Made by a program: the position numbers and the translations under genes. The notes under the pieces are model-generated. The model saw nothing but the letters and a program-made list of their open reading frames with translations, ran no database searches and was not told the DNA's origin. From a virus (lineage: Duplodnaviria; Caudoviricetes), in IMG/VR virus record IMGVR_UViG_3300012952_003931, positions 1 through 26,411 of that record: 26,411 nt of DNA; one strand, given 5' to 3'. Positions within the stretch are counted from its first letter, which is position 1. Every line of letters starts with the position of its first letter. Shown in pieces: positions 15,437 to 25,400 of this stretch.

Positions 15437-18433
15437 TTATGAGCCCTCTGCAGGGCCCTCTTCTTCGTTGATAGCAGCTATAGCATTTTCTACATTGCTT
15501 ATGAGTGACGTGTACTTTCCAAAAGCATCAAGCTGAACTAACTTTATCTTTGTCTCAAATTTTCCAGCGCCTAATGAATGATCAATACCGGTTACTGCAT
15601 ACACATTGTCAACATTCGTCCCGGTCCCAAAGTCTATAAAGAACTGTTGACCAAATGTCATGACAGGGCAGCCGATCAGCGTCAGGTCGCACTTAACAGG
15701 TGAAACAGACAGCGGCACGCCTGAGTCTCTAGCTCCTTGGGCAGTCGTTCCAGCGCCCATTCCACCCCGCATCATGTTGACGGACGCTAACTGGGGGTTA
15801 TTCATACTAGCAACATTTGCATTTAGTACCGCTGAATTTTGAGAACCGTATATGATACTAGGCATAGTCCTGGAGATAAAGTTTTTCAGCGCAGGAAACC
15901 CACCATTGATTCTAAACTTCTTATTTGCCATCTCTTCTACAGAAATATTCCCAGATGAGGGAGAAACTGAGGGGATGGCTTCAAGGAGCCTTTCATTAAT
16001 TGCCTTGTTTAGCTGCTCCATAAAGTTTAGTTCATGCTGGTTATTAGTCTCTTGATCATTATCTTCAGATGCCTCGCGCCTAGCAGCACTAGCTGCGCTA
16101 CCTAAGACGCCAACCGAATTTGACTGCGCGGCGCCGAGCATTGCACCAACTGACTCATATGCAGTGCACTGCTTATCATATATGTGGATCCTCATCACTG
16201 TCTGTGCACCACCACCTGACGCGCTTGAGCTGCTTCCTGGAGGGGCTGCTGCGTCATTAACCCTAACTGTCTCAATGTACATCGTGAGCTGAGGCATCTT
16301 AAAGACGAGCTCTTCTCCTTCACCATACGCATCTTCTAGCCTTTTTTGCTTTTCGCCGTACAGCGCTGTTGCATCCTCGTAATCTTCCTTGATCTTCTTG
16401 TTTCCCTCATCATCAGTCTCATATAAGGCTGCCATACCCCAAGCATCAGCTGCTTGATTACTAATGAAGTTACTTTTTATGAAACCAAGAAATGCCTTAA
16501 TCGGTATGTTGGCAGTCGTCTTTGTTTTCTCTTTAAACTTTGTTTCAAACTCGCGAACGTTGATTGGAAACTGCGCGATGTTAAAGTCTTTTACGTATGA
16601 AGCTTTTGAGTTAAATGCGTAGAACAATATCTGTATATCATCAAAGCGGCCTGTAGCTGCAAGAGGCAGGCCACAAAAACTTGTCATAAGCTTTCCTAAT
16701 GACACATGTGTAGGAGGTGAAGCATCAGCGTTGACAGTGACAAAGCTAGCAGCAGACGATATGCTTCTTAGCCAGGGATCTGGAGTTCTAGAGGATCCGG
16801 ATCCATTAACAGTTGCCATCTTTGCTGCAACTGCAGCTGCAATCGTCTGTTGGAGATCTGCAACCGCACCAGATCTACCGTCAGAGCCGTATAGGTCTTC
16901 AAGGTTCGAAACAACCTGGCCGATATCAGAGTCTGCATCCGCATTTCTATTGTCTCTCATAAACTCTACAATCTTCTGGCGAGTTTCGTCATCAATTGAC
17001 ATCGACCTTGATGTATCAGATGCAGAAGAAAGAAACGTCTCCCCGCTAACATTCTCTGAACCGCCAGATGAACCCTGCACACGAGCGCGCAAGACGGACA
17101 TAGCCTCAGTCAACGTTCCTACCGCCTCTAAAGCATCGTCTACCCCGTTACCCTTACTAATAGAGGTCGTATCAATCGCGGCTGCGCCCTTCATTGCTAG
17201 CTTGATATCAACATTTACCTGACCGACTTCATCGAACTTAAACGACGAATTCACGATCATATATTTTTCTCTACACCTCATTGAGTCTAAGAATATTCCG
17301 AACGCATTTTCGCTAGCGGCTCCCCCGTCAGGATGTGACCACCCATACTCTAGAATAATCTCGGTGCTACCATAAAGATCAGGCTTTACAAACGGAGCAA
17401 TCTCAGAAAGCCTAGACCTATCATGTAGTATAAGACTAAAGTCGGCTGTCTTATGAGACATAAAACCCGTTGTCGGGGTCACATTAATCTTGAGGCCCTG
17501 AAATGACATAAACGGGCGGAACTTATCAATTACTCCAGCCCCTCTTGCTCCGCCAAGTGCCGGTGCTTCTTCATCTTCATTCTGACCATCTGAAAATGCA
17601 TACGCCTCATAGTCATGATAATCCTCGTCGGCATTTACTAATGTTTGTGGTGCAGTAAAAAGCTCCATGCCTGCAGATGCTACTGCTGGAAGGGTGGGAT
17701 CGCCACTAGGGTTTTCGGCATCTTCGCCTCCGGGCAGAGGAGATTCCGGATTTTCGTTGAACTCTGCCAATACATCAGCAGAAACTGCTGATGCAAATTT
17801 ATACTCGACATCTCCGGAAGCTAACTGTTTTTGACCCATTAAAAACTGTGATATCGACATCGTTTGGATCCTGCCGTCGGCAGACAACGGAGCTTTCGGC
17901 GTCACAATTGTCATATCGATATATGGAACGCACTTACTGATCTCTATAGTTGGAATTGCATTACAAAATAAAGATATAGCACCAGTATCCCTATTCGACA
18001 GGTTTAGCTTTGAAGGCCAGATCTGTGTCAGCGAAAGGCCGGGAGCAGTCTTACTCGGCGTGGAAACTTCCTGGTTTACCGCTTCAGACGCGCATACCTC
18101 CTTAATAGAGCAATCCGTCTTTAGCGCGTCACTGTCCCCCCATTCCGGTTCATATGAAACTAGAAGGGTATGTGACAATGCCTCTGTAAACTCTGTACCG
18201 GCTCCGGCTGCAGCATCATTTACTTTTTGTAGGAATTGAGGAATAAGGACGCCCCCCTCCTGAATGTCTAGAAAAATACTGGCTAGCTCAAACTCAGCCG
18301 GCGTTGGCTCTTCTTCCATAGAGTCAGCCGTCGGTGAGCCAGGTGACACAAGGCGCGCCATGAAATTGTTTTTTCCAATTGCACCATAATACTTGCCAAG
18401 TAACTTTACGGCAATGTCAAGCTTCGTAGGCAT
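15437..18433 (-). CDS. Baseplate hub-like tail protein (gp27/Mu gp44/P2 gpD-type), 998 aa
   Basis: Lies after the LysM/wedge gene. IILEYGWS motif and C-terminal LTLIGCPVMTFGQQFFID...NVYAVTGIDHSLGAGKFETKIKL are typical of hub/late-control-D C-termini. Confidence 0.65.
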   Translation of the reverse strand: MPTKLDIAVKLLGKYYGAIGKNNFMARLVSPGSPTADSMEEEPTPAEFELASIFLDIQEGGVLIPQFLQKVNDAAAGAGTEFTEALSHTLLVSYEPEWGDSDALKTDCSIKEVCASEAVNQEVSTPSKTAPGLSLTQIWPSKLNLSNRDTGAISLFCNAIPTIEISKCVPYIDMTIVTPKAPLSADGRIQTMSISQFLMGQKQLASGDVEYKFASAVSADVLAEFNENPESPLPGGEDAENPSGDPTLPAVASAGMELFTAPQTLVNADEDYHDYEAYAFSDGQNEDEEAPALGGARGAGVIDKFRPFMSFQGLKINVTPTTGFMSHKTADFSLILHDRSRLSEIAPFVKPDLYGSTEIILEYGWSHPDGGAASENAFGIFLDSMRCREKYMIVNSSFKFDEVGQVNVDIKLAMKGAAAIDTTSISKGNGVDDALEAVGTLTEAMSVLRARVQGSSGGSENVSGETFLSSASDTSRSMSIDDETRQKIVEFMRDNRNADADSDIGQVVSNLEDLYGSDGRSGAVADLQQTIAAAVAAKMATVNGSGSSRTPDPWLRSISSAASFVTVNADASPPTHVSLGKLMTSFCGLPLAATGRFDDIQILFYAFNSKASYVKDFNIAQFPINVREFETKFKEKTKTTANIPIKAFLGFIKSNFISNQAADAWGMAALYETDDEGNKKIKEDYEDATALYGEKQKRLEDAYGEGEELVFKMPQLTMYIETVRVNDAAAPPGSSSSASGGGAQTVMRIHIYDKQCTAYESVGAMLGAAQSNSVGVLGSAASAARREASEDNDQETNNQHELNFMEQLNKAINERLLEAIPSVSPSSGNISVEEMANKKFRINGGFPALKNFISRTMPSIIYGSQNSAVLNANVASMNNPQLASVNMMRGGMGAGTTAQGARDSGVPLSVSPVKCDLTLIGCPVMTFGQQFFIDFGTGTNVDNVYAVTGIDHSLGAGKFETKIKLVQLDAFGKYTSLISNVENAIAAINEEEGPAEGS

Positions 18434-18436
18434 TCA

Positions 18437-18730
18437 TCACCCCACGACCTTCGCTATGTCTCCTAAAGAGGGAAGAAAAAGTACTGTCCCAGGAGGACAC
18501 TGCATTGCCCAACCCACACCAGAAGCCGCTGCTATGGCCCACCACAATCGTGCGTTTCCGTATATACGTCCTGCCAGAATATCAAGGCGCTCGCCCTCTT
18601 TTAGTACATAACGATCCGCTGCAATCTTACCTGATAAGACTCTTTGCCTTATTATTGTACCTGCCCTAGCGGTACCATACATTTTGCCGCCGCGGATCTT
18701 TGTCGTTCTAGAATACCTACGCAATGCCAT
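18437..18730 (-). CDS. LysM-like baseplate wedge protein (T4 gp53 / P2 gpX-like)
   Basis: YVLKEGERLDILAGRIYGNARLWWAIAAASG...PGTVLFLP; SD AGGAG. Confidence 0.85.
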   Translation of the reverse strand: MALRRYSRTTKIRGGKMYGTARAGTIIRQRVLSGKIAADRYVLKEGERLDILAGRIYGNARLWWAIAAASGVGWAMQCPPGTVLFLPSLGDIAKVVG

Positions 18731-18741
18731 GTGTTAATCTC

Positions 18742-21700
18742 CTATGGCCCACTATCGCCGCCGGCCGGCGAATCTTCATCACCGGTTGCTCCAAGCTTGG
18801 CCTTTTGAGCTAAGTAATTTTGTACGATCGGATTTCCTGGGTCGAGGGTATTAAGTGTACCCCATGGATCTCCAGCAATTCCGTTCATAATCTTGCCGAC
18901 GTTGTACAAAGGTGCCCTGTTGAACCCAGATGCATCAAGACCTGGCGGAATATCATGTATCGGCGCATAGCTAATACTAATTTTAATAAACTTTGGTGCT
19001 CTCGATCCGAGCTCAGTCTCCCAAGTTGAGTCCGCATAGTCCATATCAAGCGACTCGATAAACCCTGCAAGACCACGGCCCATAGTAGATCTAAAAGACC
19101 TAACAATCGGGTTTTTATCATCTGCGTAGAAGTCTGCAGCTGACGTTGGTGAAGTCGTGGATGATGATATTGTGACAGGAAAATTGATGTCGCTAGGATC
19201 AATTATAAGATCTTCATGTGTACATGTTATGTTATGAATATGATCAGGAGCATAAGGATCCATAGGATACCCAAGTTCAGTGAAGTTAACAACATATACC
19301 TGGGTTTGGCCATAACCTGGACTTCCTGGAATAGGATCTGCATTCCTCGTCTTGATCTGGACTTGGGCCAAAGCGTCCGTCCTTAACCCATATGCCCTTG
19401 TAGTAATATGAGTATTGGGAGGATCGTCTGCCTCATCTCTACATATGTACCTATTCGGCCGGAGGAAAGCCTTGTCTGAGACTTGATATCCATATTGGCT
19501 ACCTTCATCGCCACGAGGATCCGTCGTTCTTAACTCCTCTTCTAGAGCTGCGCGCTCCGCAGATGCTGCAGATGCCTCTCCGGCACTGTCATATGATGTG
19601 CCATCGACGTCATATGTAGTGGTCGTTGACGCCGGCGTACCAATATTGTATTCTGGATTATCCCCTGACGAAGGTAAGCCACAGCCGAACAGTCTGGCAA
19701 GGTTAAACTTTGAATAGTTTGTCCGAATCACATCACCAATTCTCAATCGTACCATAGGGCTAGCGGTCGGAATCTGTGAGAACGGCATGATAAACCTATC
19801 ATCACCGGCGATCATGGGCTTTCCCTTTGACCACTGGGGGTACATTAGCGTGGTGAGCTTATTAATATCATACCACATACAATCAAAATCAGACTCAGAC
19901 GTTGCAGCCAAAATAAAATCAACGCTTATTTTTCTTTTTGTCTTTTTATACACGTATATGTCATCGATGCGACCATACCCACCGCTAGTAGAATAGTCTG
20001 CACTATAAGAGTCCTTGATGGATCCGATGAAAGCATTAAATGCGATTATTTCGTTTGTTCTTAAATCCTGAATGTAGAATGGAACATACTCTGCCTCAAG
20101 CTCATTCTCTATCATGTGAACGTAGTCTGCGCTTATTCGGTTTCCTGTCATACCGTTTATTGTAGATGCCTCAGGTTTCCCGATATCAGCAGCAGCTAGT
20201 TGCCTAGTTGCACCAGGACCTACTGCTTTTCTGCTCAACGCGCGCAAATAACCAACAGACATTCCAGCAGCTGGACCCATTCCGTACTGCGCTGCTGCTG
20301 TCAACAGGCTCGTCGGGAGTAAATACCTGCTTGGAAGAGCATTATGCCTCCATGCCAATGCGTTTGAAGGAACACCTGTAGTACCTGGTTTGACCCTTCC
20401 TTTTGCCTGCCTAGTACCGGGACCATCATCAATCTTATTGATTGGTTTTCCTGCAGGCCCGAACCGGTATGTTTCAGCCAGCAGTGCAGCATTACCCATT
20501 TGTGCCATAACCATCAAGAAATTAAACGTCGATGAGCTAAATACAATCTGCAGAGGATATATTATTCCACGCTCACCAATCCCTAAAGCACCAAGTCCCA
20601 CTCCAGTTGCTACAGCGGATGCTAAGGACGCAACCTGTAGTGCATCTCTCAACGCGTTCCTGATTATAACGGAGTAGAATCCAGGTGCACCATAGATCAG
20701 TTTTGCATCGCCGAATAATCCGGGTGCCATCGTAAGAATTAGTGTCGTTAGCGTCTCAGTGGAACCAGGGAATGTTTCAAACCCTAAAAATGTCCGGATT
20801 CCCTTTGCAATACAGCTCTCAAAATCATAATCTGTTCTGGGAATCCCAAGGTCTGTCAGAAGCCTCTGGTACTGGTCTTCGCGGACGTATTGCCCGAGGA
20901 CCATCTCGTTTGGTGCGGAGGGCCTTCCTACTCTTGATGCAGGTGAGGGGGCTCCGCCGTCTGCATGACGAATTGTTTCAAGCAAGATATTATAAGCTAT
21001 TGATGCAGTGACCAATGCAAGTGATCCTGCAACTGCCAAGCCAGCCATACCAAAAGGGTAGGCAATTAGTGCGTTTGAGGCGAAAGGCTCAAGGTGCGAG
21101 TTTAATTGCCCGTATGATGTTTGCTCATCAATTGAGTCATCACCTAGATATGCATCCTCACGCAGATCAGAGTCAGTGAGGGTTGTAGTTTGAGGAGCAC
21201 CATCTGCCCCATCGATACCACCACCGACGCCACCAGGAGGAATCCTTGCCCGCAAGCGATCGGTACCGACTTTCATTACCATAAGCTGCGCGGGTGAAGG
21301 CAAGACTTGCTCTATAGTAGCAGGAATTTCAAACCCGGATACAAAACCCGTATGTCCTGTCGCTGCAAATATAAGCGACGCTCCTACCTTCCTAAGCTCA
21401 TCCAATGGATGACTAGGCCCGTCAGCATCATATACGCCGAACTCACCGTTTGTTGGTAATACAGGATCGCTGTACCTACCGTCCTGAATATAAGGCGAAT
21501 CTGTGGAGTTGCTAAACCGATTCGTCTTTAATATCCTCGATATTTTTGAATTGAGTTGGTTATGGGGGCTAGAAACTACTGACTGGCCTGAGGCTCCGGA
21601 ACCAGGGTCGTTTCCAACGACACCTGCCAAGAGTTCGTGGCCGTCCGCTTTGCTACTCTTATTAACTAGTTCACCTAAAGTAGGAGCGCCATGGTCAAAA

Positions 21701-22086
21701 TTGCCACTATCAGATACCGTCTCAAACAACGCTCTTGCATCTTCATCTACAAGATCAATAAACTTCCTATCTACAGCACCTTCCGAGCCTCCTGTGATAA
21801 TTTCAGGTGTCTGGGATGGGTCATCATAAGGACTTGGCGCTTCCTGCAACCCAGGCTCAATAGCAAAATAATTTCTAGAGCCCGGACTGGGTGATGCAAT
21901 CGCATCGCCTTCCGTCATTGCGCTTAAGTAGTCGGCCAATGTCGATCTAGTCGCCTCCGATATGTCTTGAGGCTGTGGGACTCCCCCCGCCGCGGCGCCT
22001 CCCTCTTCGCCGACCGGTGAGGCTCCTCCTGGTTCTGCCTGAGGTGTAGGCCAGAACTCTGTTTCATAATCAGGAGGATTCGGCAT
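18742..22086 (-). CDS. Large tail/baseplate protein containing a tail-tube-initiator-like domain (gp48/gp54/gpU-type), 1114 aa
   Basis: VPFYIQDLRTNEIIAFNAFIGSIKDSYSADY...YGRIDDIYVYKKTKRKISVDF...NKLTTLMYP...PMVRLRIGD and GFIESLDMDY..STWE...PKFIKISISYAPIH; canonical position between the tape measure and LysM genes. Confidence 0.65.
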   Translation of the reverse strand: MPNPPDYETEFWPTPQAEPGGASPVGEEGGAAAGGVPQPQDISEATRSTLADYLSAMTEGDAIASPSPGSRNYFAIEPGLQEAPSPYDDPSQTPEIITGGSEGAVDRKFIDLVDEDARALFETVSDSGNFDHGAPTLGELVNKSSKADGHELLAGVVGNDPGSGASGQSVVSSPHNQLNSKISRILKTNRFSNSTDSPYIQDGRYSDPVLPTNGEFGVYDADGPSHPLDELRKVGASLIFAATGHTGFVSGFEIPATIEQVLPSPAQLMVMKVGTDRLRARIPPGGVGGGIDGADGAPQTTTLTDSDLREDAYLGDDSIDEQTSYGQLNSHLEPFASNALIAYPFGMAGLAVAGSLALVTASIAYNILLETIRHADGGAPSPASRVGRPSAPNEMVLGQYVREDQYQRLLTDLGIPRTDYDFESCIAKGIRTFLGFETFPGSTETLTTLILTMAPGLFGDAKLIYGAPGFYSVIIRNALRDALQVASLASAVATGVGLGALGIGERGIIYPLQIVFSSSTFNFLMVMAQMGNAALLAETYRFGPAGKPINKIDDGPGTRQAKGRVKPGTTGVPSNALAWRHNALPSRYLLPTSLLTAAAQYGMGPAAGMSVGYLRALSRKAVGPGATRQLAAADIGKPEASTINGMTGNRISADYVHMIENELEAEYVPFYIQDLRTNEIIAFNAFIGSIKDSYSADYSTSGGYGRIDDIYVYKKTKRKISVDFILAATSESDFDCMWYDINKLTTLMYPQWSKGKPMIAGDDRFIMPFSQIPTASPMVRLRIGDVIRTNYSKFNLARLFGCGLPSSGDNPEYNIGTPASTTTTYDVDGTSYDSAGEASAASAERAALEEELRTTDPRGDEGSQYGYQVSDKAFLRPNRYICRDEADDPPNTHITTRAYGLRTDALAQVQIKTRNADPIPGSPGYGQTQVYVVNFTELGYPMDPYAPDHIHNITCTHEDLIIDPSDINFPVTISSSTTSPTSAADFYADDKNPIVRSFRSTMGRGLAGFIESLDMDYADSTWETELGSRAPKFIKISISYAPIHDIPPGLDASGFNRAPLYNVGKIMNGIAGDPWGTLNTLDPGNPIVQNYLAQKAKLGATGDEDSPAGGDSGP

Positions 22087-22411
22087 TACTCTTCTCCAAA
22101 ATATCTGCGACCATCGACGCGCTTGGTGGTCCCTGTGATGTCTTAAGCGCTTCCATCAAATTTCTGACGTCCTCTGGCGTTTTAATGCTATCCCTAATTA
22201 TATCTATAACTTTTCCATAGTTCGAGATGATCTCATCTATAATCTTTTTTGAACCTGGATCACCAGCAGAGCCCTCGCCCCCCTTTGATATCCATTCATA
22301 GATGGGGCTTTTCGTAATCATATTGGATAAAAATTCTTCTCCAGACACACCTTCCGGAATGTCATAGCCAAACTCATAATTTTTCACATCGTGTTTTTTA
22401 TCTTCAGCCAT
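22070..22411 (-). CDS. Hypothetical 113-aa protein in the tail module
   Basis: Strong SD GGAGGAGG; fills the gap between the tape measure gene and the next gene (17-nt overlap). Confidence 0.75.
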   Translation of the reverse strand: MAEDKKHDVKNYEFGYDIPEGVSGEEFLSNMITKSPIYEWISKGGEGSAGDPGSKKIIDEIISNYGKVIDIIRDSIKTPEDVRNLMEALKTSQGPPSASMVADILEKSNAESS

Positions 22412-22417
22412 GGTCTA

Positions 22418-25400
22418 TTATCCTCCTCCGCCGGCGCCTTCAGATGCTGTCAAGAGTGCGGCATTACCTGCGATTGTTGCATCACTCAATGCTGTCGCGA
22501 TGTTCCTTGCATTCATGCTCACATTAAACGTTACATTAATATTAATCGGCTTGTTCTCAACTGAAATTGATTCTGAAGAGATTGACATATTTTCGCCGAA
22601 TTGCTCCAAAGCACCAACAAGGTTAACATTCGGCATTCCTTCGTTGAGGATATCATGAATTGAAACCATCTCATCGATTACCAGCTGGAAATTTGCCCCG
22701 GCATTTGCCATTGCTTCCGTAGAAATATTGTTTAACCCATCCGCTAATGTGGCAAAATTGTTAATGAATGAATTCATCGGGCCCAGGACGTTATTGACGC
22801 CCTCTAGCTTAGACGTAATTGCACCGGTGTCACCCATCTCCATGTTCGTCATTGTCGTCATAAGCTCAGGAATTGTCTTACCTGTCCCGTCACTTTCATA
22901 CCCAAACAACCATGCGATGCCCTTAATAATTGGGCCATAGGTGTTATAGATATCTGCGGCTCCCATCCCAGAGAAGTTATCTAAGGTGCTTGTGAAGTTT
23001 GACACTGTGTTCATCGCTTTAGCGATAACATCCATCTTTGCAGCTGCCTCTTCTGGGTTGGGTATGCTAATCCCCAGAAGCCTATTAACGATCGTGGGGA
23101 TGTATCTAATTGCGACACCAACGATCATATTAACTGTGTCCATGAACTCATCGAGGACGTCTTCACTGGACTCGAACCAGCCTGGCTCAGGAATCTGGCC
23201 GGACATGGCACTAATTGCGCTAGCAAAGTCTGATAGTGCACCCATTGCTAGGCCGACGACTTCAAGCTTAGGCTTTGCAGACTCCGGATCACCTACTGAC
23301 TCGGCTGCGGCCATCACCGCGCCGACAATCGCTGGTATCTTTGCAGATACAACACCCATGATCATATCAAGGACTGCCATGTATGAATTCATTGTCTCAA
23401 CGACTGATGGGCCTGAACCAAAGAATGGCTGCTGTTCTGCATTCATCTCCATGACGCCTGACGCCATCTCACCAAAACCTGTTGCCATTCCGACAACAGC
23501 ATTAAGAGCAGCGGCGATTGTTTCAGCTTTCATCTTTGCAGCTTCAGGATCAGGACCTAAATCGATCGCCATTATGTCTTCGACCATTGGGACAACCATA
23601 TCCATCATCGATGCCATAATTGAATCCATGGTATCTGCATACGCTGACATGATTCCTTCTACATCCACGTCTTGTCCGCCGCCAAAGAAACCACCGCTAC
23701 CCATCTCTGTCATCGTCTCAAAGAGGCCGGGGGGTGGCTGGAGGGCCGTCATTAGGTTTGCTATAGCAGATAAAACTCCACCAATAGCCTCAAGCTTTTT
23801 AATGTCTCCCTCAGGCATAGTTGAAACAATTTGAGCGAGGGCACGAATTAATTTAGTCGCACCTCCCAACATTGAATCCATAAACCCTGCAGCGCCTTCA
23901 AGGATTGCGCCTGACTCTCCGCCTCCGGCTGAGGCCAGTACGTCAAGAAGCGCAATCTTAAACACAATATCTGCCATGCCACCAACTGCATCCATTATCC
24001 CGATCAACGCCTGGACCTTTGCAGACAACAGTGCAGGATCATCCACCTTCATCGCATTAAGCTTTTTGATTGCCGGTGATAAGTGACCAACCATCGAGTC
24101 AGCCATTTCCCCGACTGTCTCGAAACCGCTCTCAATTACACCCCGCAAAAGGAATGATCCGAATATTGCCATTGGGATAGCTGCTGCAGCCATGAGAACG
24201 GTCGCGGCGAACATCAAAGACAACGCTGTCATGATCAATATTAGCCGCTTAAAGTCAATCCCTGATGATGCTTTCATAAAGTCAGAAAGCGGAGGCAGAA
24301 CATTTTCCCCCAGTGACTCGAGGAAATATGCGACACCACCTAATAATGCTCCGCCTAATAATCCAGCAATACCTGCAGGGATGGCTAACATTGCTGATAG
24401 TGCGAGTGGAATCATCATTAAGCCAAAGAGGGCCATGTCCCCTGCAAGCTTCGCCATGTCAACAGCATCAAATTGAGCCGCTAATGTTGGAAGCTGGGGT
24501 CCTACCGTATTATTGAACGAGTAGATAAACGCAGCGACACCGAGAAGTGCTAGCGCACCTAATAGGCCTGCTATACCGGCAGGAATGGCAACCATGGCAG
24601 CCAGGAGTATTGATCCGAATATCGGTACCAATGATAAGAACCCTAATGCTAATCCACCCCAATCTAATCCGGACATGGCACTGCCAGCGGCTGATAGCGC
24701 AGGTAATCCTATATACGCCAGCGAAAGGACGAACGCAGCGACGCCTATCATCGCCACTGCTGCGACGAGCCCAAGAACTCCGGCGGCGATGGCGGCAAGA
24801 GCAGCAATGGCGGCAAATGCCATTACAACAGCAAGCCCAGCCATTCCGGCCATTGATGCTCCCCAATCGACTTTTTTCAATGCAGGTACGGCCAGTGTTA
24901 ACGCGATTGCCATGGCATAAGCGCCAACTGTCAAGAGGACTGCTGCGCCGACTAACCCTATTAACGCAATCCCAAAGCCTGCTGGGCCTAAAGCTCCGAT
25001 TGCTGCGCCGGCGTATGCCATTCCCATAGCTGCAACGGCTGCTAGCCCTAATGCAACCATCCCCTTGATTGCTGCGCCAAGTGGGATTGATGCCAGGATC
25101 GGGGTTACGAATGCTAATGCAAGGCCAAGTGCAGTACCACCGACAGCCAACAGAAGGGCCGCGCCAAGCATTCCAACAATTGCTTGTCCAACGCCACCGG
25201 CATTAATCTTTTCTGAGACTCCCAATAGTACCTTCAATGATATGATAGCTGCAGTTAGGCCTATAAGGCCTTTGATAAGTGCACCAAATGATACTGTGCT
25301 CATAATCATGGTAACCATCACAATGGCTGCAGCCATGACCGCTAGGGTAGGCAAGAATGAAACTGCAAGCAGGAACAACTTAGCACCAGCCTCGATAATA

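Noticed and set aside
18431-18439. In-frame LysM-hub fusion by readthrough (TGA TGA ATG)
   Set aside because: Two tandem stops argue for firm termination with translational coupling.
3987-18744. Stop-codon reassignment (7 of 19 genes end in TAG)
   Set aside because: Genes are full-length under code 11, coding density is high, and TAG falls at plausible C-termini followed closely by the next SD/start.
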